Shown here: positions 1-9,464 of the stretch, piece by piece | Layout of the letters: each line of letters begins with the position of its first letter | Position numbering within the stretch: the stretch's first letter is position 1 | Assembly (NCBI GenBank): GCA_043825735.1 | Contig: JBDRRP010000053.1 | Location: forward strand, 1-63,429 | Direction: 5' to 3' | Origin: Pseudomonadota bacterium | GTDB taxonomy: Bacteria > Desulfobacterota > Desulfobacteria > Desulfobacterales > JBDRRP01 | Length of the DNA: 63,429 nucleotides | The notes under the pieces: generated by a model | Databases searched by the model: none | Told to the model about the DNA's origin: nothing | The model's input: the letters and a program-made list of their open reading frames with translations, nothing else | Position numbers and translations under genes: made by a program

Positions 1-50
1 CGCTCTCTGTGTCCTCTGTGGTGATTTCAGACTTTTTACATTGCCATCAA
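1..50. repeat. Right end of a palindromic MITE/REP-like element, cut by the window edge
   Basis: CTCTGTG units followed by ACTTTTTACATTGCCATCAA, matching the right end of the element at 10723-10859. Confidence 0.7.
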
Positions 51-115
51 CGTTCGTTTTGCGCTGTTACCGTTACTTGCCAGATTGCAATAGCGCCTGA
101 CAAGTTAGCGCATAT

Positions 116-136
116 GGGGATAAACCCCTCCCCTAC
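116..136 (-). repeat. GTAG-type REP hairpin
   Basis: Reverse strand reads GTAG-GGGAGGGGTTTATCCCC: a GTAG tetranucleotide followed by an imperfect palindrome. Confidence 0.5.
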
Positions 137-192
137 GAAACAGCCGGAACCCCGGTTTGAGTATTTTGCAAAACCAGGGTTATCCATCAACT

Positions 193-228
193 TCCCTTCG
201 TGTTCTTCGTGAACTTCGTGGTGATCAA
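193..228. repeat. Triple 9-nt unit repeat arm (CTTCGTG x3)
   Basis: 34/36 identical to the reverse complement of 32785-32820. Confidence 0.75.
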
Positions 229-250
229 TCAAATCATCGGAGCAACAGGT

Positions 251-1819
251 TTACACCAGTGTCAGGCGCTCGCCCGGCTGGGGCACTATGGCGTCGTAAC
301 CATTTTCACGCAGGTGCGCGCCGAAGGAAAGGGCCTGGTCCTCCTCACCGTGGACAACGGCCACTTTCTTCGCCGTGATGCCCGATTCCTTTAAAAACCG
401 CATCATGTCGTCCCGGTCGCCGTGGGCGCTGAAACCGCCGATGCGCTCCACGTACGCTTTCAGAGGGTAGTCCTTGTTGAGCAGGCGAACGATGGGGGCT
501 TCGCCCTTGCGGCCGGAGGCGGCATATTCCTCGCCCTTTTCGAGGATACGCCGGCCCAGGGTGTGCTGGGCCATGAAACCGACCACGAGGATGGTGTGCT
601 TGGGATTGTGAATCTTGTGGCGCAGGTGGTGGAGCACCCGGCCGGCTTCGCACATGCCCGAAGCGCTGATGACGATGTGGGGGCTCTGATCCCGGTTCAG
701 GGCCATGGATTCCTCCACGGAGCCAACGAACTTCACCTGGCGGAAGGAAAACGGGTTCTTCCCCTTGTTGAGGAAGGTCTCGTGGGTTTCCGCGTCATAG
801 ACCTCCGGGTGCTCGCCGAAGACCGTGGTGATGTTGGTCGCCAGGGGGCTGTCCACGTAGACCGGCACCCGTTTGACGCTGCCCTCGTCGTAGAGCTCGT
901 GAAGCACGTACAGCAGCTCCTGGGTGCGCCCATAGGCAAAGGCGGGGATGATGACGGCGCCGCCGCGCTGAAGCGCGGCGTTGAGCACGGTGCGCAGTTG
1001 GCCTTTCATGTCGCCCACCGGATCGTGAAAACGGTTGCCGTAGGTGCTTTCAATGATGAGCAGGTCCACCTCGCGGTCCTCGGGTTCCAGCCGGGTGACC
1101 GGATCCCGGAGGATCGGTTTGCCGAACCGGCCGATGTCGCCGGTGAATGCGATCGAAACCGTTCGCTCGCCGGCGGGGATTTTGACCACGACCATGGCCG
1201 AGCCAAGAATGTGGCCGGCTTCATAAAACCGGCAGGTGGCGTTTTTGCCGATATCGATCAGGTGGCGATAGGGATAGCCTTCGAACTGCTTGAGGGCTTC
1301 TTCGGCGTCCTGCATGCGGTAGAGCGGTTCGATGGTCTCCAGCCGGAGCTTTTTGGCCAGCTCGGTGACGACGCTCTCGTTGATGCGATGCCCGTTGCTT
1401 TTGAGCTGGGCGAGAAAATCCTCGGTCTGGCGCTTGGAGCCCGCGATTTCCGGGTTGTCGCGCAGGGCGTTTCGGACGAGTTTGTAGTTCAGGTAGAGCG
1501 CGTCCGACTCCTGAATGTGGGCCGCGTCCTTGAGCAGGTATTCGCAGGCGTCGGCTGTCACCCGCGTGCTGAAGATGCGACCGGCAAACCCTTTTTGAAC
1601 CAGCAGTGGGATGCGCCCGGAGTGATCGATGTGGGCGTGAGAGAGCAGGACATTGGTGATGGTGGCCGGGTCCACCGGCATCTCGCGGTTCTTGTCGGCG
1701 GACTCTTTTCGGCGCCCCTGGAACATGCCGCAGTCCAGCAGAAAGCGATCCGTGGCATTGGCTATGAGGTGCATGGACCCGGTGACTTCGCGTGCAGCAC
1801 CCAAAAACGTGATTTCCAT
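251..1819 (-). CDS. MBL-fold metallo-hydrolase / beta-CASP ribonuclease (Ysh1/TTHA0252-like)
   Basis: MEITFLGAAREVTGS start; SHAHIDHSG, AGHILGS, ESTYG, GRTQE, SAHGD and VHGEE motifs; AGGAG RBS before ATG 1819. Confidence 0.9.
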   Translation of the reverse strand: MEITFLGAAREVTGSMHLIANATDRFLLDCGMFQGRRKESADKNREMPVDPATITNVLLSHAHIDHSGRIPLLVQKGFAGRIFSTRVTADACEYLLKDAAHIQESDALYLNYKLVRNALRDNPEIAGSKRQTEDFLAQLKSNGHRINESVVTELAKKLRLETIEPLYRMQDAEEALKQFEGYPYRHLIDIGKNATCRFYEAGHILGSAMVVVKIPAGERTVSIAFTGDIGRFGKPILRDPVTRLEPEDREVDLLIIESTYGNRFHDPVGDMKGQLRTVLNAALQRGGAVIIPAFAYGRTQELLYVLHELYDEGSVKRVPVYVDSPLATNITTVFGEHPEVYDAETHETFLNKGKNPFSFRQVKFVGSVEESMALNRDQSPHIVISASGMCEAGRVLHHLRHKIHNPKHTILVVGFMAQHTLGRRILEKGEEYAASGRKGEAPIVRLLNKDYPLKAYVERIGGFSAHGDRDDMMRFLKESGITAKKVAVVHGEEDQALSFGAHLRENGYDAIVPQPGERLTLV

Positions 1820-2172
1820 GGTGAAGGCTCCTGTCGTTAGTGCCCGTACTCTGTGGGCTGGCTCCGGTGGGCAATATGGCACCGCAGGGACCTTATTGAA
1901 ATCACCCCCGCGTGTCAACCGGTGCCGGTCCGACGAGTCTCTTCTCGCACCGGTCTTTAAATGCGGAAAATAGCGCTTACATTCAGACCGCTGTCCGTAA
2001 CCTCAACAGGGGGGCAGTGGACGGTAACCTGGATCGTCCCGCCGGCGATTGCTGGACTGGGGCAGACGGTCCTGATATGCTGGCCCCCATCTGCGGGACC
2101 GGGCGCGGCCGGCGCCGTCATCAAACAGCGTTGCCCGATGAGCGGGCGGCATTCATCACAGAGAGGATTCCA

Positions 2173-2448
2173 ATGATCGCTTACTTCGTATATGACGACA
2201 AAAATGATCGTGATATTGTTGTTCTGCCGGGTGCGGCCTGTAGTGTCCCCGTTGACCGCGCCTGTCTTGAAAATTTCATTTCAGCAACGCCTGATTTTGC
2301 CAATTGGTCGGGCAGCGCCTGCGTGGACCTGACCCCTGAGGATTTCGGAACGGTGGTGGCCACTCGGGAAGATACCGGCGATGTTTGCGTCCTCAAGGCC
2401 GGTCTCTGGCGTGCGCGCATGGATCACTTCCTGAATGCCCTTTCCTGA
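2173..2448 (+). CDS. Hypothetical protein, 91 aa
   Basis: GAGAGGA RBS before ATG 2173; overlaps the start of the downstream kinase ORF. Confidence 0.65.
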   Translation: MIAYFVYDDKNDRDIVVLPGAACSVPVDRACLENFISATPDFANWSGSACVDLTPEDFGTVVATREDTGDVCVLKAGLWRARMDHFLNALS

Positions 2449-4684
2449 TTCGCTAAAGCAGCTCTTTCAACGGAACCGCCCCGCTATGCGCGATGACACC
2501 GTTTCGGTCGAACCTCGTCCCCACGGGATACCGTTGCACCGTATTTTTGTCCTGCTGGTCTTCATGGCTGCGGCATTTTTCGGGCTGACGGTGGTTTCAC
2601 TCGTCTCCGGTATCGAAGGGCGCTTTTTGATCGTCGCAAGCTTCATCGTGGTCGGGTTTCTCATTCTGGTTGCCTTCGTGATTGTCGCCCAGAGCATCCG
2701 CATCGATCGTGAACGGCAGCAGGCCTGGCGGGTACTCAAGGAAAGCGAAGCACGCCATAAGGCGATGCTGGACTCGGCGCCCAACCCCATCGTCATTTAC
2801 GACAGCGAGGGGCTGGCGTTGTATGTCAATCCGGCATTCACCCGGGTGTTCGGATGGTCCATCGGCGAGCTTATCGGCAGGCGGATCGATTTTGTTCCCG
2901 ATGATCAGCGGGAGATCACCGTGCAGGCCATCAGAAACGTCTATGCGCACACCGACAGGGTATGCCGGTTCGACACCCAGCGGTTCACCCAGCGGGGCGA
3001 TCGCCTCGACATCAGCATTACTGCCGCCGTTTTTCTCGATAATGATGGCAACGCGCAGGGCATGGCCGTGAACCTGGAAGACATTACCGAGCGGCGCAAG
3101 ACCGAAGAGGCCCTGCGCGCGACCGAGGCCCAGTATCGCCTCCTGGCCGCAAGCATCACCGACGTCATCTGGACCATGGGTCTGGACATGCGGTTTACTT
3201 ACGTGAGCCCGGCCACGGAAAAACTCCAGGGCTGGCCGGTGGCGGACATCCTTACCATGGGTGCCGCCGATATCATGACCCCGGAATCTTTGGAGCGGGT
3301 GATGGCCGCGTTTGCCGCTGAATTAACCGCCGCTGAGGCCAGCGGCGATTACAACCGGTCTATGACCATTGAACTGGATCTGCTGCGACGGGAGGGGGGG
3401 ACGGTTCCGGCAGAGGTGACCGCCGCCTTCGTGGTTGGTACCGACGGTCAGCCGACGGGCGTTTCCGGGGTGACCCGGGATATCACCGAGCGGCGCCGAA
3501 GCCAGGCGGAAAAGGAGGCGCTGCAGGAGCAACTCAGCCGGCTCAAAAAGATGGAGGCGTTGGGACTGCTGGCCGGCGGTGTGGCCCACGACCTCAATAA
3601 CGTTCTGTCCGGCATCGTCAGTTATCCGGATCTCATTCTCATGGATCTGCCGCCGGACAGCCCCTTTCGCCGACCGGTGGAAACCATGAAGTCTTCCGGG
3701 CAGAAGGCCGCCACCATCGTCCAGGATCTGCTGACGCTGGCCCGACGCGGTGTGGTGACCACGGAAATCGTCAACCTCAACGAAGTACTTGACGATTATC
3801 TTTCCTCGCCCGAGCACTCGAGACTCATGGCCGATCATCCGGCGGTTCGGGTCGAAACGGTCTACGAGCCGACCCTTCCGAATGTGGAGGGATCCACCGT
3901 TCACCTGAGAAAGTCGGTTATGAACCTGGTGGCCAACGCCGCCGAAGCGCTCACCCTCGGAGGTGCGCTGCGTATCCGGACGGAAAGTCGTTTTCTGGAT
4001 CATCCCCTGAAGGGATACGCGCGAGTGGAAACCGGGGAGTACGTCGTTTTACAGGTGGCCGACGACGGCCAGGGCATATCGGACGAGGATCTGCCACACA
4101 TTTTCGAGCCCTTTTACACGCGCAAGGTCATGGGGCGCAGCGGCACGGGGCTCGGGATGGCCGTGGTGTGGGGAACGGTCCAGGATCACCATGGGTACAT
4201 CGATGTGCGCTCAACGGTGGGAGTTGGTACGGTGTTCGAGCTGTATTTCCCCATGAGCCGCAAGGCACGGCCCGAAGCCGTACTGCCGGTGGATCTCGAA
4301 ACGCTTCGCGGCAGCGGCGAGACTATCCTCGTGGTGGATGATGCTCCCAGCCAGCGGGAAATCGCCTCGCGCATGCTTGAAGTACTTGGCTACACTGTTG
4401 TCTCTGCAGATTCCGGTGAAGCGGCGGTGGCCTATCTGAATGCGCACCCGGTGGATCTGATCATACTGGACATGATCATGGCGCCGGGCATTGACGGACT
4501 GGAAACCTATCGCCGTGTCATAGAGACCCACCCTGCCCAGCGGGCCGTTATTGCCAGTGGCTTTGCGGAGACGGACCGGGTCCGGGCCGCCCAGCATATA
4601 GGCGCTGGCGAGTACATCAAAAAACCCTACAGCCTCGAACGGCTGGCCTTGGCCGTCCACCGCGCCCTTCATCCCGGCGATTGA
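2435..4684 (+). CDS. Membrane hybrid sensor histidine kinase (2 TM, 2 PAS, HisKA, HATPase, REC)
   Basis: AGGVAHDLNN H-box, NLVANA, DDGQG, FEPFYT, GTGLG, and a receiver domain (VVDD...LDMIM...KP). Confidence 0.93.
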   Translation: MPFPDSLKQLFQRNRPAMRDDTVSVEPRPHGIPLHRIFVLLVFMAAAFFGLTVVSLVSGIEGRFLIVASFIVVGFLILVAFVIVAQSIRIDRERQQAWRVLKESEARHKAMLDSAPNPIVIYDSEGLALYVNPAFTRVFGWSIGELIGRRIDFVPDDQREITVQAIRNVYAHTDRVCRFDTQRFTQRGDRLDISITAAVFLDNDGNAQGMAVNLEDITERRKTEEALRATEAQYRLLAASITDVIWTMGLDMRFTYVSPATEKLQGWPVADILTMGAADIMTPESLERVMAAFAAELTAAEASGDYNRSMTIELDLLRREGGTVPAEVTAAFVVGTDGQPTGVSGVTRDITERRRSQAEKEALQEQLSRLKKMEALGLLAGGVAHDLNNVLSGIVSYPDLILMDLPPDSPFRRPVETMKSSGQKAATIVQDLLTLARRGVVTTEIVNLNEVLDDYLSSPEHSRLMADHPAVRVETVYEPTLPNVEGSTVHLRKSVMNLVANAAEALTLGGALRIRTESRFLDHPLKGYARVETGEYVVLQVADDGQGISDEDLPHIFEPFYTRKVMGRSGTGLGMAVVWGTVQDHHGYIDVRSTVGVGTVFELYFPMSRKARPEAVLPVDLETLRGSGETILVVDDAPSQREIASRMLEVLGYTVVSADSGEAAVAYLNAHPVDLIILDMIMAPGIDGLETYRRVIETHPAQRAVIASGFAETDRVRAAQHIGAGEYIKKPYSLERLALAVHRALHPGD

Positions 4685-4714
4685 CGTGGTCGACTAAAAG
4701 ATTAAAACCATTTT

Positions 4715-5017
4715 TCGCGCAGAGACGCAGAGAAAAGCATAAGCGATTAAACCACTGAGAACACGGAGGCTTTATACTAGAGTACTTGGCAGAATAATGA
4801 TCCGTTTCATCCCCAAGATCCTATCGGGGTCGGGATCGAAATCGATGTTTTTCAAGGCCGATAGCGATACCGATAGCGATTTCGATGTTCACCAGGCGAT
4901 GTTGTGCAAACGGAACGTATTTATGACAATTGCTATAGACTTGGCCGTGTGAGACCACACTGGCGCTTCATAGATAAGCGTATTTGTTTTTCTCTGCGCC
5001 TCCGCGTCTCTGCGCGA
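4715..5017. repeat. Nested palindromic repeat cluster between convergent genes
   Basis: Outer arms TCGCGCAGAGACGCAGAGA / TCTCTGCGCCTCCGCGTCTCTGCGCGA. Inside are ACCACTGAGAACACGGAG and a hexamer hairpin (ATCGGGGTCGGGATCGAAATCG...CGATAGCGATACCGATAGCGAT). Confidence 0.7.
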
Positions 5018-5048
5018 GTTAACGTTCTCTTGGGTTTTTCTTATCGCA

Positions 5049-5621
5049 CTATGCGGGGGTGATGTGCCAGTGGATGGGGCCGCCGCCGGCATCGGTGACA
5101 GCGGCCAGGTGGCCGTCGAAGAATGCGTGAATCACCGTGAAGCGTCGCCCGCGGAGGGTGAGCACCATTGTGTCGGCGCTGCAAACGGTCAGTACCCGGC
5201 ACTGGGGCAGCTCTAGAAGACCGGTGGCGGTGGCCTTCAATACCGCCTCCTTTGCCGTCCAGAACCGAAACAGGGCGTCGGTGGTGCGTTCCACCATGTC
5301 CCACTCGGTTGGGGTAGCGGTCTTTGCGAAGAGGCCGGGGTGCACCTCGCGGATTTGCTCGATGTCCAGTCCCACAGCGCGGCGGCTCACAACGCCACCG
5401 GCATAGGTGGTTTTGTGGCTGATGGACCAGTGCCACCCGCCAGTCGGCAGGGGGGCGCCGGCGTCATCCTTGTCCAAGGCCCCCAGCCTGGCGCCGGACA
5501 GCTCGGCGGACCGGGTCAGCGCAGATCGGGCCAGCGCGCTGAGGCGCTCTGCCGTTGCTGCGCCGATCCACTGCTGATCGCGGGCCGGCACGGGCAGGAT
5601 GACCGGATGCAGGGCGTCCAT
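5049..5621 (-). CDS. 4'-phosphopantetheinyl transferase superfamily protein
   Basis: WSISH, VGLDIE and FWTAKEAVLKA motifs. Confidence 0.85.
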   Translation of the reverse strand: MDALHPVILPVPARDQQWIGAATAERLSALARSALTRSAELSGARLGALDKDDAGAPLPTGGWHWSISHKTTYAGGVVSRRAVGLDIEQIREVHPGLFAKTATPTEWDMVERTTDALFRFWTAKEAVLKATATGLLELPQCRVLTVCSADTMVLTLRGRRFTVIHAFFDGHLAAVTDAGGGPIHWHITPA

Positions 5622-5626
5622 CGAGG

Positions 5627-7786
5627 TCAGGATGACGGCTTCTGGGGCCTGAGGATGATGCGGCAGTCGGCCACTGTGCTGCCCTGGCCCTTGGCGTGTG
5701 CCAGCAGCGGGTTGATGTCCAGTTCGGTGATTTCCGGATGCGCCACCACCATGTCCGACATGGCCACCACGGCCTTTTCAAGTGCATCCAAATCTGTTTC
5801 GGGGCGTCCTCGAAAGGCTTTCAGCAACTTGATCCCCTGGACGCTACGAATCATCCGCCGAGCGGAATTGCGGCTTACCGGTGCCAGCCGGAACACCACG
5901 TCCTTGTAAACTTCGACGAAAATACCCCCCAGGCCGAACATGAGCAGCGGTCCGAATATCGGGTAGCGGTTCATGCCGACGATGGTCTCCACACCTCCCG
6001 GCGCCAGTTTCTGGACAAGGACGCCCTGGATCTCCGCTTCTGGATCGTAGGCCCGAGCATTGTCCACGATGGCCTGAAACGCGTCCCGGACCGCATCGTT
6101 GCTGACCAGTCCCACCTTGACGCCGCCGGCATCGGATTTGTGGATGATCTGGGGTGAGACGATTTTCATGACCACCGGCAGGCCGATCTCCGTGGCGATG
6201 GCGATCGCCTCGTCTGCGGTGGTGGCCAGACGGGTGGGCAGGGTTTTAAACCCGTAGCACGAGAGCAGCGCGAGGCCTTCCAGTTCACCCAGGTAGTTTT
6301 TCCCCTGTTTGAGGCAGTCGGCGATGATCTCTGAAGCACGCTGGCGGTCGTGGTGCAGGGTTAACGGTGCCAGATCCTGCCGATTGAGCCAGCGGGAATA
6401 GCGGTATAGGGCGCCGAAGGCCTTGGCGGCGTTTTCCGGGAACCGGAACACCGGAATGCCGCTTTCCTGGAGGTATTTTGCCCCGGCAGAGACGTCCACA
6501 ATGCCCATGAAACAGCATAGGACGGGTTTGTGGGAGCGCCGGGCCACTTTGGCGATGGCCTTGGCCGTTTCCAGGGCGTTGGTCATGGACTGGGGCGTTA
6601 GGATGACCAGGGCGCCGTCCACGCCTTCGTCGCGAATGACGGCCGCCAGGGCGTTCTCGTAGCGGTCCTGAGCCGCGTCGCCGATGACGTCCACCGGGTT
6701 GTGCACGTTGGCGGCGGCCGGCAGGTGGCTGATGAGGGCCTCAACGGTCTCTTCGCTGAATTTTGCCAGTTGCAGTCCGGTGGACACCGTCATGTCGGTG
6801 GCAACGATGCCCGGGCCGCCGGCGTTGGTGACGATGGCCACCCGGTTGCCGTCAGGGACCTTGCGCCGCAACTTGCCCAGCGCGCTCTCGTTTTTGTAGG
6901 CAAAAGCGGTGGCAAAGTCGAAAAGCTCGTCGATGGATTCCACGCGGATGATGCCCGACTGTTTGAAAATGGCGTCGTAGACCGCCTCCGTGCCGGCGAG
7001 AGCACCCGTGTGGGAGGCGGCGGCGGCAGCGCCGGCGGTTGTCCGTCCGGACTTGATCACGAGCACCGGTTTCGGGTTGTCCCCGCTGGTGATATCCTTG
7101 ACCGTCTCGATGAATTCATAGCCGCGCCTGAGTTCCTCCAGGTAGATCATGATGACTTCGGTATTCGTGTCACGGTGGAGGTATTTGAGCAGGTCCAATT
7201 CGTCGACGTCCGCCTTGTTGCCGATGGAAATAAATTTGGAGAACCCGAATTCGCGATCGGCGGCGAAATCCAGGACTGCCGTGCACAGGGCGCCGCTCTG
7301 GGAGACAAAGGAGACATTGCCGGGAACGGGCATCCGCGCGGAAAAACTGGCGTTAAGGCGGATGTCTGGGCCGGGGTTGATCACCCCAAGGCAGTTGGGA
7401 CCCACCACCCGCACACCGGCCTCCCGGGCCAGGGCCACGATGCGGTCTTCGATGGCACGGCCCTCCGGCCCCACTTCACGAAATCCGGCCGATACGATCA
7501 CTATCCCCTTGACCCCTTTCTTGATGGCGTCTTCCACGGCTTTGAGCGCCAGGAGCGGGGGCAGGATGATCATGGCCATCTCCACATCGTCGGGGATGTC
7601 CAAAATGGTGGGGTAGGCCCTGACCGAGGCCACCGAACGCGCGGTGGGGTTTACCGGGTAAAGGGTCCCGGTGTAGCCGCCCTTGAGGATGTTGACGAAG
7701 ATATCATGGCCCACCTTGCCCGGCTGGGTGGAGGCGCCCACCACGGCCAGGGATTGAGGGGAAAAAATGGCGTCCAGTTTGTCCAT
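5627..7786 (-). CDS. ADP-forming acyl-CoA synthetase (acetate--CoA ligase family, fused alpha/beta)
   Basis: VVGAS, GPNCLG, SQSGA, ASHTG phospho-His, NAGG, HKSDAGGV and ATP-grasp LDINP motifs; AAAGGA RBS before ATG 7786. Confidence 0.9.
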   Translation of the reverse strand: MDKLDAIFSPQSLAVVGASTQPGKVGHDIFVNILKGGYTGTLYPVNPTARSVASVRAYPTILDIPDDVEMAMIILPPLLALKAVEDAIKKGVKGIVIVSAGFREVGPEGRAIEDRIVALAREAGVRVVGPNCLGVINPGPDIRLNASFSARMPVPGNVSFVSQSGALCTAVLDFAADREFGFSKFISIGNKADVDELDLLKYLHRDTNTEVIMIYLEELRRGYEFIETVKDITSGDNPKPVLVIKSGRTTAGAAAAASHTGALAGTEAVYDAIFKQSGIIRVESIDELFDFATAFAYKNESALGKLRRKVPDGNRVAIVTNAGGPGIVATDMTVSTGLQLAKFSEETVEALISHLPAAANVHNPVDVIGDAAQDRYENALAAVIRDEGVDGALVILTPQSMTNALETAKAIAKVARRSHKPVLCCFMGIVDVSAGAKYLQESGIPVFRFPENAAKAFGALYRYSRWLNRQDLAPLTLHHDRQRASEIIADCLKQGKNYLGELEGLALLSCYGFKTLPTRLATTADEAIAIATEIGLPVVMKIVSPQIIHKSDAGGVKVGLVSNDAVRDAFQAIVDNARAYDPEAEIQGVLVQKLAPGGVETIVGMNRYPIFGPLLMFGLGGIFVEVYKDVVFRLAPVSRNSARRMIRSVQGIKLLKAFRGRPETDLDALEKAVVAMSDMVVAHPEITELDINPLLAHAKGQGSTVADCRIILRPQKPSS

Positions 7787-7878
7787 GGATATTGTCCTTT
7801 CGATATGTTGCTGCAATTAATTACACGCTGAAGCAGACCGCGCCAGTGGTCGTCATGGCGATGGCGTAAAAACACGTC

Positions 7879-8039
7879 TCGCGCAACGCCGCAACGCCGC
7901 AACGAAAACCAAGATCAGGATTTCATCGCACGATCGTGCGAAAACCGGTTCACTCCGACGCCGACAAGAGGCTTTTGGTTTAACCCTGCGAAGCCTTGAT
8001 AATTCATGATTTTCGTTGCGCCGTTGCGTCGTTGCGTGA
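7879..8039. repeat. Palindromic element with triple 8-nt units (CGCAACGC)
   Basis: GCGCAACGCCGCAACGCCGCAACG ... CGTTGCGCCGTTGCGTCGTTGCG, with internal palindrome TCGCACGATCGTGCGA. Confidence 0.75.
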
Positions 8040-8067
8040 TGCAGGGTAATGGCGTTTTGTTATTCGC

Positions 8068-8088
8068 AATAAAGCCCCTTTCAGGGGC
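8068..8088 (-). terminator. Possible intrinsic terminator after rsmI
   Basis: Minus strand GCCCC-TGAAA-GGGGC-TTTATT; short stem and weak U tract. Confidence 0.35.
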
Positions 8089-8121
8089 AACCGAAAGCCT
8101 GGCCCTCAGGGTCAGGAACCT

Positions 8122-9000
8122 TTACTCGCTGGTCTTTGAAATTTGGATGACCCGTTCATAGACGGCCGCTCGTTTCATGCCGGACGCCTTGGCCAGGTCC
8201 CGGGCCACGGCGGACGCCGGCTGACCGTCCGCCAGACGCTGCCGGATGGCGGCATCCAGATCCTCGGCCGGAAGCACGTCCGCACCGGTACGGCCGGCCA
8301 CCAGCAGGGTGCACTCCCCCTTGACGGTGGGGCGCTGGGCGAGAACGTCCGCGATGGTGCGGAGCGTGCCCCGGATGAATTCCTCGTGGCGTTTGGTCAT
8401 TTCGCGACCCAGTACGGCCTGTCGGTCACCGAATGCTTCTGCCAGTGCCGTAAGCACTCCGATCACCCGCCGCGGCGATTCGAAAAACACCAGGGTGGCG
8501 GTTTCTTCGGCCAGTTGCCGCAGCTGCTCGCGTTGGTGGCCGGCTTTTTTTGCCAGGAACCCGACGAAATGGAACCGGTCGGTGGGCAGGCCGGACACGC
8601 TCAGTGCAGTCAGTGCGGCCGATACACCGGGGACCGGAACGATAGGGATACCGGCCGCCCCCGCTGCGCGGATCAGCCGGTAGCCCGGATCGCTGACGGT
8701 GGGGGTGCCGGCGTCCGAGACCAGGGCAATGCTCGCGCCGTCCGCGAGCTGCCTGAGCAGGGCCGGCGTGCGTTTTTCTTCGTTGTGCTCGTGGTAGGCC
8801 TGCTGGGGGGTGTGGATGTCGTGGGCGGCCAGCAGTTTGCCGGTCTCCCGCGTGTCTTCGGCAGCCACACTGTCCACGGCGCGCAAAACGGCCAGCGCCC
8901 TGAGCGTGATGTCCAGGAAGTTGCCGATGGGGGTGGCCACCACATACAGTGTGCCGGGGGCGACGATCGACGGGTCATCCGGGAGTGATGTCGAAGGCAT
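8122..9000 (-). CDS. rsmI: 16S rRNA (cytidine1402-2'-O)-methyltransferase
   Basis: LYVVATPIGN, AAEDTR, LVSDAGTP, FESPRR and REMTKRHEE motifs. Confidence 0.95.
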   Translation of the reverse strand: MPSTSLPDDPSIVAPGTLYVVATPIGNFLDITLRALAVLRAVDSVAAEDTRETGKLLAAHDIHTPQQAYHEHNEEKRTPALLRQLADGASIALVSDAGTPTVSDPGYRLIRAAGAAGIPIVPVPGVSAALTALSVSGLPTDRFHFVGFLAKKAGHQREQLRQLAEETATLVFFESPRRVIGVLTALAEAFGDRQAVLGREMTKRHEEFIRGTLRTIADVLAQRPTVKGECTLLVAGRTGADVLPAEDLDAAIRQRLADGQPASAVARDLAKASGMKRAAVYERVIQISKTSE

Positions 9001-9346
9001 TGCGAATGATTTCCATTTTTCGGTTGGGGCCGATGCCGTCCACCGTGACCACATCGAACCGGGCACTGATGCCAAACTGACCGGTTTCTTTGAGATACAG
9101 CAGGGCGGTGCGGGTCAGGCGGGCCCGTTTTTGATGGGTTACCGCCGTTTTGGCGGCGCCGAACCGGGGGCTGCGCCGGGCTTTGACTTCCACAAACACG
9201 AGCGTCAGGCCCTCCCTGGCGATGATGTCGATTTCACCGATGGCGTTGCGGTAATTGCGCTTCACGATGCGATAGCCGGCATGCTTCAGCAACACTTCGG
9301 CGTCCTTTTCACTGTCTATCCCGAACTGCTGAGAGCGGTTGACCAT
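8975..9346 (-). CDS. yraN: YraN/UPF0102 family endonuclease-like protein
   Basis: GEIDIIA, LVFVEVK and RFDVV motifs; rnhB-yraN-rsmI synteny. Confidence 0.9.
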   Translation of the reverse strand: MVNRSQQFGIDSEKDAEVLLKHAGYRIVKRNYRNAIGEIDIIAREGLTLVFVEVKARRSPRFGAAKTAVTHQKRARLTRTALLYLKETGQFGISARFDVVTVDGIGPNRKMEIIRNAFDITPG

Positions 9347-9379
9347 GGCCCTTATCGGCACTGATTTAAAGAAGATATC

Positions 9380-9464
9380 ACCACGGAGTCACGGAGGACA
9401 CGGAGAAAATCAAAAGCAGTTGATGTTGATCATAAAATCTCCGTGTCCTCCGTGACTCCGTGGT
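9380..9464. repeat. Perfect 27-bp inverted repeat made of CACGGAG x3 with an AT-rich spacer
   Basis: ACCACGGAGTCACGGAGGACACGGAGA (9380-9406) and its exact reverse complement (9438-9464). Confidence 0.9.
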
